This document shows positions 58,901 to 64,000 of a stretch of 64,000 nucleotides of DNA, piece by piece. This stretch comes from a virus. How positions within the stretch are numbered: position 1 is the first letter of the stretch; the number at the start of each line of letters is the position of its first letter. The notes under the pieces are model-generated. The model ran no database searches. It had not been told where the DNA came from and saw nothing but the letters and a program-made list of their open reading frames with translations. A program made the translations under genes and the position numbers. Where the stretch lies: positions 1 to 64,000 of the IMG/VR virus record IMGVR_UViG_3300028195_000001. One strand, 5' to 3'.

Positions 58901-61115
58901 TGTCGGTTTGATTAACGTAGTGGGTTTGAACCTAAGTAATCAGATTGCCGAGTTCTTTAACGATTTCTCCTTACGAACACAACTCTTTGTCCTTGATGTT
59001 CAAAGGGAACTGGCACGCGCTAACCTGGGTACAGTGGCATTTAATCTTGATGTTCAAGCTGCGTTTGATGAAGCTATGACAGAGTTTGAAGAAGGTGGCG
59101 ACCCGACAGCGTTCTTTAATAGTGTATCTTCACTATTGGAAAGTGGGGATTTGAACGAAGCCGATCTTCAACGTATACGCGCAAAGATGCGTTTCTTCGG
59201 AGATGATATTGCCGCAGGTTTCTTAACTGACTTAGGTAATGCTGTAGGACAAGAGAATATAGATGCAGTAGTTAGTAAGTGGTTGCCTATTATCGCAGGG
59301 GTTGGCGATCAAATCATTCCGCAATTACTGGCAACATCTGATATTGGAACGTTACAACCTTTGTTTGATGCGTTACTTGACCCGAATAAAGTTCAAATAA
59401 CTGATGAAAGCATAGCGGGACTTAGTGCAACTGTAATAGATAGCCTTAACACCATTCTTCGTGACCCAACCCAAGCGATTACACGCGAAGATGTTACAGG
59501 CGGACTTAATTTACTCGATCAATTAATGGTGGCTGCTACGGAACAAGGTATTAGTACCGATAGTATCTTAAATGCACGAAATCTATTCCTGGCTCAACTT
59601 GAAGCTATTTATGGTGTAGATGACCAAGACCTACAAGCGATAATTGACGCATCAAATGAAAACCTTCCTCAAATTATGGTGAATAGTTTGATTGATCGTA
59701 TTGCAAATGTAGACTTTACAGATAACGGTCTTGGACTTCTTCTCGCTAGTTTCTTTGAAGATACCCCCGATGCGATTATTACTCCGAGTGAAATTTCTCT
59801 GATCGTAGGGAAACTCGAAGATGAGTTTACCCAAATTGGTAAAGAAGTTGATATTGATCTGTTAAGTCTTATCGCTCTATCCACAACTGACCCAGATGGA
59901 TTAACAGTAGAGGAATTTAGAACTGCGTTGGTGGAGGTACTTAACTCTGCTGTTGTTGATGTCCCATTAGAAAATGTTAATCCTGTTGAAGTTGCTCCTG
60001 AGTATGTAGCTAAAGAACTAACCCCAGAAGAACAGTTCAAACTTCAAGAGTCAATGACCACCCAGGTTCAAGAAACGCTTGATGCTGGTGAAGGTTTAGT
60101 GGCTGACGTAGAAGTTACTCCGGCTGCTACTGTTCAAGAAGAAATAGATGAAGCCTTACCGGATGAGGAAGCTCCTCCCCCAGAGTTTGAGGCTGTAACG
60201 GACTCCGCATCTGCTGAAGCTCTGACAGAGGCGTTACGTCTGCTGAAAGAACAGGGTGATCTAGTAATTGAGACATTGACTACATTAGCTATTAAAACGT
60301 TGGAACATGAAACAAGTCTTATCACTCTGTATAACCAAATTCTCTTAACATCTGACTTATTCATTGAACGAGTTTTCCTGATGTCAGGAACGTGGGCGGT
60401 TTTTGCCTTTGCGGTATCCTTTGGCATTACAACCATGATAGGCCACATGATGAATTTGATTGCTGAATTTGGTAAATTCGGTACTACTGTTATAGCACAG
60501 GGGAATAAGATCATTGTTAAGATGGGGTTAATGGCAGCAGCTTCAACCATATTCTTCAACAAGATGATAAAGGGGTTCACCAAAGCAGAAGAAGGTGGGC
60601 GTAAATTAATCAAGACCCTTGATGAAGTCATCAGCAAATTCAAAGAAGCTCAGTCACTTGCTAAAGAAGGCATCGACGGTGATGGTGGTGGCGGTGGCGG
60701 CGGTGGTGGTGGCCGCGCTGAAGGTGGTTCTATTTTAGGTGGTAGACTATACGAAATTGCAGAACAAGGCGCACCGGAAATCTTTACTCAAGGTAACAGG
60801 ACGTTCTTAGTTCCTGGTACATCAGGTAAGGTTATCCCGGCAGCTGCTTTTAATACTGCCCCTTCACCTCTGGTGCAAGGTGGTAGCGGAGGGGCTGTTC
60901 CACAACAAGCTGTATCCAGAGCGCCATTAGCTGGTTTTGATAGACAGCTTTCACCTGTAGAAATACAACCTTCACCAATAACTATTGAGATTAACGCTAC
61001 ACCTGACCAGAATCCGCAGGAGATTGCGGACTTGGTTAATGAACAACTTCAATCACAACTTACAGATCGAAACTCATTCTTTATTACGGAACTTCGTAAT
61101 GCAGGGAGAATATAA
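52932..61115 (+). CDS. tape measure protein (2727 aa)
   Basis: Giant Ala/Leu/Gly/Ile/Lys-rich ORF downstream of the tail genes. It has hydrophobic TM-like blocks (about nt 55570-55830 and 60380-60560), internal 46-aa repeats and a Gly10 tract. The antisense ORFs listed within it are compositional artefacts. Confidence 0.8.
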   Translation: MPAATIAIDANTFDKFIKTLDRLDNSLGQVSSELKVLKKLTKGISIKIEGLDQLENIAKAIQKTDLKQLEGVIRAFQLLSSLKFDKNTEKFFQSLGTLANSLKKFERVRLDGTTVESLATLARLSSSIVKLFKNTEKINKKNAASLSLIIGALGTFTTGLAGILKSLPGGAASRELSLTFERVGLGISGMFRHIADINIGSAKKLVTLISILTIAVRGLSTILTFKGGAKGVKLLAQIFSAIANIVRAFSTGVDVKRLKDSKQVNKLILARIKSFTKIIKEMRKIKTKNIGGSAEAIKAIANLFKIVSDVSVEGRDNKAFEGPIKAISNLVKALQQLNKVKVNKNVAQSLNSLQQILALQGAQGQQVQKSAAGFGEKLSTTIAKGILKAEIAKLLFKTIASAFRNLNPIALTKRFIDGTIRPFLRLQSAVKNALNNVAQSVIQLGTTMTNVGAQIHRNFGVGALLRSEAFTAAAEFDKVSKRVEVFGNLSEETTKQVQALAFEIGRKYPLSANDAINASLDLVKAGLSAQEIESVLPNIADLTALSDSGDIERISGAMIQVVSVFDQFSDEIAGTFDNSATAATILSAAADSSVASVESIADGISKVGPIANSFGFTMEETSAALALFSNAGLDGARAGTQFKSLLNNLQTNTAKDQLKELGVTIADDAGNFKDLNTIVNELNEALNTTKSVTFTPSNPLSDAAQERFDAATKAAARASRQLAIYRDGLTGGALDQEKAGEKMQEYEAILANANRVIAEVTGSQVEADSITTQITRSQQQNAEAIKNLAGSYGSIGLNILLQEGEDGLANFIAQMNGVAPASERAMQLLDNFSGEVLQLQGSFETLMTKVFLPLLDNIFRPFIKGLRFIVDGLLLMDDATTELVSSMIGLGSIFASMTGGLLVFVGTFTKFGGLFFSFFLNVLKMHKIGFFLIKLIAGFTVGFAGFLLIIGPLVVLLTALAAGFNSLLKIFRQDIGGARTAFDQLTTTLGVFIDMLIETGKAILGIVGIVFAGGNNLEAVGTGIAGFFEHLNGVLLRFIGNSNGVNSRLEKNFMNFRNVFTGFFGFLTADDQIQSAENEVREKMTAVADVFGYSAEDIEKEAKRAGDKVRDSLSESMLSLADNPFIQGILGEDIDENSVFRFFTVLKGLIGLVRTGFQAIFNSIGTFFQTLGEGGGFSGALDKATQQLTLETKLVLAGLVLSLKSIFNLDLVGAEDLIDDNKFSGLLDLFFEVLRGKIRNFLVNNRDSIENLLSDIFKTFFVPGKIIGTIGTVFGIDALKDVFDEIERVFIGAFEGIIATIFNILEGDDVNTALKKAFGPAITPLLDFLTAIGKTIDTIIGIFTNLYSTLAPILGLDQDITLMEVINNVLTSFTEGLNFLNENVLIPLANTIAGIDFEGLVGFFGDIFTSIFAIVGSLSSGDFAGAIGSLADFGRTLANTFLDVFSAILDIDISAAVDIFDGFRLFFAGIIDKLIPVVESVIQGVPQLIKNVGRFLLDLLGFGDIDIDQDFSGIVTEIAGKISTALGTIPDKLVELGTTLGSPLITKVGTAISTSDWTPVATEILSKIQEAIEGIPGALIDLGTTFNAPLVTKIGEAINTGDWTSVGDEILGKVQLLVDGVATGLENLGTTFSAPLITKVGTALRDSDWAAVGTEITTKINEVLTSIPDTLIDLGTAFSAPLITKLGTSFKTGDFGPAVEELRGGLERIMGQALTLAATGITDLGTIFGNPFLLELGTALDPAQGGGFETGIQLIANNVVQVLKDALALVPGLLIQAGELTGLGGLITAGTELEEGKVLGAASGFADALVQLINNGFALAANIFEGAPSPEQVSFFRAIGNLISFPIDTFRAVAKGVQDIADAISGLKVPEGTAEALTAIFTALTVAKFNPAILTFLRATALPLAKLAFIVLIVKNAFDNLGELFDDFGEALAQFQEGDILGGLTTALEGVANFAVNTLTGITSDILGFLGIEISADQIRERVSTVLNQIVGLINVVGLNLSNQIAEFFNDFSLRTQLFVLDVQRELARANLGTVAFNLDVQAAFDEAMTEFEEGGDPTAFFNSVSSLLESGDLNEADLQRIRAKMRFFGDDIAAGFLTDLGNAVGQENIDAVVSKWLPIIAGVGDQIIPQLLATSDIGTLQPLFDALLDPNKVQITDESIAGLSATVIDSLNTILRDPTQAITREDVTGGLNLLDQLMVAATEQGISTDSILNARNLFLAQLEAIYGVDDQDLQAIIDASNENLPQIMVNSLIDRIANVDFTDNGLGLLLASFFEDTPDAIITPSEISLIVGKLEDEFTQIGKEVDIDLLSLIALSTTDPDGLTVEEFRTALVEVLNSAVVDVPLENVNPVEVAPEYVAKELTPEEQFKLQESMTTQVQETLDAGEGLVADVEVTPAATVQEEIDEALPDEEAPPPEFEAVTDSASAEALTEALRLLKEQGDLVIETLTTLAIKTLEHETSLITLYNQILLTSDLFIERVFLMSGTWAVFAFAVSFGITTMIGHMMNLIAEFGKFGTTVIAQGNKIIVKMGLMAAASTIFFNKMIKGFTKAEEGGRKLIKTLDEVISKFKEAQSLAKEGIDGDGGGGGGGGGGRAEGGSILGGRLYEIAEQGAPEIFTQGNRTFLVPGTSGKVIPAAAFNTAPSPLVQGGSGGAVPQQAVSRAPLAGFDRQLSPVEIQPSPITIEINATPDQNPQEIADLVNEQLQSQLTDRNSFFITELRNAGRI
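57537..58150 (+). repeat. 138-bp (46-aa) tandem repeats within the tape measure gene
   Basis: LGTT(F/L)(S/G/N)(A/S)PL(I/V)TK(V/I/L)GT... units start at 57537, 57675, 57813 and 57951 (exact 138-bp period). Degenerate units start at 58101 and 58137. Confidence 0.85.
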
Positions 61116-62257
61116 TGCCACTCGTAATGTATCAGGTAGGTAATGTACCTGTATTTCAAACTCTTGAAGGGGTGGGAAGCTCCGGGGTGAAACTTAAAGC
61201 AGATCGTAAATGGACTGTCACAACTGACAAGTTCCATAACATTCCTGGGCAACACATATACAATGACCCTTCTCGTCCGTTGGCAGACAACCAGCAGATT
61301 TCTCTGGATGGTGCTATTGTAGCTGACAACGCTCATAGTATTGACCAGACAGTTAACAAACTGATGTCTCTCGGTGGACGTAGTGAAATTCCTTTTATCG
61401 CCTTTCATTACGAAGACCGGGATGGGCTTGATCTTGATTCCTGTGCTAACTGTGAGGATAAAATAACGTGGCTGTTAAACACAGGTGTTGTAACTAACAT
61501 TACTCGTAATTCAGAATTGGGAACTAAAAGATCAACTGCTTCATTGGCATGGCAGAAAGTTAAGATTGCTGCTTTGCTTGATTGGAGATGGCAAGTGCTT
61601 AACCCCTGGACATGGGAGTATCGTATTAACAGTCCTGTAGCTAATCCTCTCAGCCCAGACCTTCAGAGTGAAGTGCCGAGTAACATATTTGAACATCCTA
61701 AGACATTTCGTGGGGTTAGGCCAAAAGGAGAGTTCTTCAATTGGCGCAACGATCTTACTATTTATACACCTTCAGCCTGGGCTAGTCGTTTCAATGAAGA
61801 TCGTCAAGGAGGGGTATCGAGCAACTTTGTAGATTTTGGGTCATACGAGTTTTGGTCAGACCCATCATATTGGTCTGCTCCTCCGTCATCTGCTTACGCT
61901 TTCTCTGATTTATCTCTATCTGGTTCTATTAGTATTGAAGTTCGGAATGCGTCAGGATTGGCTTATGGAGAAGATAATGTTACTACTGCCACTCTTGATC
62001 TCGCACAACTTAACACACAGTTGGATACAGTAGGTTACTTCGGCCTGCGAAATGATGATATTATATTAACAGGAGATGTACAACCGTTTCCTGGTTTGGT
62101 TGTGCGAGATAATGAGATTATTCCTAACATTCGGCCTGAGTGGATATATGACGGAGTGTACCCAGGAGAAACATTCATAGGGTACAACTACACAAATTTC
62201 ATCCTAACGAGTGCCTCTGCTAAAGTTGCTTACATACATAAATTTGGAACATACTAA
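61115..62257 (+). CDS. distal tail protein candidate
   Basis: 380 aa, immediately after the tape measure (ATAATG overlap). Positional call. Confidence 0.4.
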   Translation: MPLVMYQVGNVPVFQTLEGVGSSGVKLKADRKWTVTTDKFHNIPGQHIYNDPSRPLADNQQISLDGAIVADNAHSIDQTVNKLMSLGGRSEIPFIAFHYEDRDGLDLDSCANCEDKITWLLNTGVVTNITRNSELGTKRSTASLAWQKVKIAALLDWRWQVLNPWTWEYRINSPVANPLSPDLQSEVPSNIFEHPKTFRGVRPKGEFFNWRNDLTIYTPSAWASRFNEDRQGGVSSNFVDFGSYEFWSDPSYWSAPPSSAYAFSDLSLSGSISIEVRNASGLAYGEDNVTTATLDLAQLNTQLDTVGYFGLRNDDIILTGDVQPFPGLVVRDNEIIPNIRPEWIYDGVYPGETFIGYNYTNFILTSASAKVAYIHKFGTY

Positions 62258-64000
62258 TGCCTTCCACAGTGTTAAAAGCACGTTTCAAAGACAGTGATGA
62301 TATAGTTGTAGCAGATACTTTGCTTCTTGATGCTAAGTTAACCCTTAAACTCTCGGAGTCAGGCACGTTCTCGTTTACTATGGCTGATAATACTTATGCA
62401 GCACAAGAGGTTGCTGAAGGTGGTTATTGCGAAATATTTGATGGTTCTAACATCCTTATACAAGGTTACATCACGGATGTAAAGCAAACAAACCGAAGCG
62501 GAAAGATGACTCTGCAAGTTAAAGGTCGTGACTTAACCGATGAGGTTTACAAAGCTCGTGCTATGCCCACTTCGTATTATGAAGATATTACTTTCATAGG
62601 GTTGCTGGCTCAACTTTTATTCTACACAGGTTGGCGATTAGGAGAAATAGGTACAGCACAAAGTATACTTGATAACACGGTAGGAATCGATCTTCGTAAC
62701 GAATCAAACTTGATGGCTCAAGTCCAGAAACTTTTAGATAAAGAAGCAGGAGTAACTTTTCGTTACGGAGGTATTGAAGCCGGATACCCTACTATTGATA
62801 TAGGTGTATTTGGAGAGAATGGTCATGTCCAACTCTTTACTACTCCTTTTGCTAACGCAGTAAAAGATTTTGTACCGAACATCGGTGCTGTTGTGGAGTA
62901 CGAAGTCAAGCAAACGAATGACGAACTTATTTACGAACTTGAACCATATGGTGGGGAAATTGACGATGCTGGTGTATCTCGCCCTGCTAGTATGGAAGAC
63001 CATCTTCGTCACGGTGGAACAGACACATTATCCCAAGACCCTGATTTCCCTATTATAGAGACTGTATCTGGGGTCACTTTCTCAGTCCTAAACCCCGATC
63101 TATTAGGCGAGGGTGGGGAGATACAAATACGCTCTGATAATTCTTCTGGTATTATACATATTGGAGATGTTACAGATATTGAACGTATGTACGCCCATCG
63201 GTTTTATTGTTGGCCTGGGTGGTTAAAACAGTTTGGTTTCATGGTTATATCTAATAGTATTAGTACCGGTTCAAATGTTTGGCTGCGGATTTGGAGCGAT
63301 AATGCGGGGGCTGGCCCGTTACCAGATCAAGTTCTTTGGGAGTACAACTTAGGAGATGTAGCTCAATTTTCCGCTAACAATATGTATTACTTTGATTTTG
63401 AACGTTTTGAAAGTGTTTACCTTGATCTTGGCACACCGTATTGGTGGTCATTACAACATGATGCCAATATTTCCACTAATCAACGTTTATATCTATCTTC
63501 TCAATTAGCTCCTGATGCTGGTGTGCAACAAGGTGGGATAGCTGGAACAACTGGGGTAACTTCGACATATCCAGCCACTCCAAGTTGGAACTCAGGATAT
63601 TTCCCTACGTATACATTGCATAGCACCATTGTAACGGAAGGAGATGAACCACACCGGGGTATCTCTAAACGAATTACCTGGAATGAATACACCCCTGAAT
63701 ATACAAGTGGGCCATTATCTTTAGCTTCTTTAACACCAGTGGTAAAGTCAATGTATGAACGTGCTAGAGCTTTTCTGGAAGAAAAGTCACAAGTTTGGCA
63801 TGACTACAAAATTAAAGCTATTGGTACAAGTTTGTTTCCAGAACTTGGTGACAAAGTATATGTAAGTTATGTTGATAAACAGCAAATACGAGATGAGTTC
63901 CGACAAGATTTCCAGCAAGTAACAACACAGTTACAAGAGTGGTTAACCTGTCTTGCTATCAATGTTGACTACAAAGGCGGAAAGGTTTCATGGAGTTTCG
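62257..64000 (+). CDS. tail hub / tail-associated protein candidate (partial; continues right of the window)
   Basis: My own translation from ATG 62257 (TAATG overlap) gives MPSTVLKARFKDSDDIVVADTLLLDAKLTLKLSESGTFSFTMAD... It stays open to base 64000, which is why it is missing from the track. Confidence 0.45.
   Translation, partial: MPSTVLKARFKDSDDIVVADTLLLDAKLTLKLSESGTFSFTMADNTYAAQEVAEGGYCEIFDGSNILIQGYITDVKQTNRSGKMTLQVKGRDLTDEVYKARAMPTSYYEDITFIGLLAQLLFYTGWRLGEIGTAQSILDNTVGIDLRNESNLMAQVQKLLDKEAGVTFRYGGIEAGYPTIDIGVFGENGHVQLFTTPFANAVKDFVPNIGAVVEYEVKQTNDELIYELEPYGGEIDDAGVSRPASMEDHLRHGGTDTLSQDPDFPIIETVSGVTFSVLNPDLLGEGGEIQIRSDNSSGIIHIGDVTDIERMYAHRFYCWPGWLKQFGFMVISNSISTGSNVWLRIWSDNAGAGPLPDQVLWEYNLGDVAQFSANNMYYFDFERFESVYLDLGTPYWWSLQHDANISTNQRLYLSSQLAPDAGVQQGGIAGTTGVTSTYPATPSWNSGYFPTYTLHSTIVTEGDEPHRGISKRITWNEYTPEYTSGPLSLASLTPVVKSMYERARAFLEEKSQVWHDYKIKAIGTSLFPELGDKVYVSYVDKQQIRDEFRQDFQQVTTQLQEWLTCLAINVDYKGGKVSWSF

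Noticed and set aside
1-64000. tRNA, rRNA, integrase/repressor, phage RNA polymerase, DNA polymerase
   Set aside because: I scanned the intergenic regions for tRNA-like T-arm/acceptor patterns and the proteins for hallmark motifs. Nothing convincing was seen. Absence is by eye only and should be confirmed with tRNAscan-SE/Aragorn and HMM searches.

Overview
The window reads as most of a tailed dsDNA phage genome with a siphovirus-type layout. No integrase, repressor, tRNA, rRNA or CRISPR array was seen. It has three parts. (i) 1-30.8 kb holds about 65 tightly packed minus-strand genes. Recognisable ones are a zinc-ribbon/TOPRIM primase fused to a P-loop helicase, an NPPY N6-adenine methyltransferase, two mini-GNAT acetyltransferases, a cold-shock-like OB protein, a triple-HTH protein and a LamG-fold repeat protein at the far left. 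Most of the rest are unknown small proteins, and many are tandem paralogs. (ii) 30.85-33.94 kb is an unusually gene-poor control region at the strand switch. It carries an iteron array, divergent sigma70-type promoters, palindromes and direct repeats. (iii) 33.9-64 kb is a plus-strand late arm. Its order is small genes, TerS-like, TerL, ClpP-like protease, an inserted membrane/coiled-coil/glycosidase-like unit, portal, wHTH protein, S78 protease-scaffold fusion, major capsid candidate, PKD-domain decoration protein, an Asp-box tail protein, a 2727-aa tape measure, and distal tail/hub genes. Transcription signals look host-like on both arms (TTGACA-N17-TGnTAnnnT). Minus-arm genes are chained by a recurring GGAG...TCTAATG start context. 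The most unusual items are a ten-gene tandem array of divergent ERxIE-motif miniproteins (23.8-26.5 kb) and three families of non-coding repeats: TTTCACGTTTTT iterons, GGGGCAATCC..CTGTTTTCTACC repeats, and a 45-bp palindromic element present at 8.8 kb and 33.7 kb. Several domain-shuffled structural genes are also notable. All functional calls rest on motifs read by eye and on gene order; no database search was possible.
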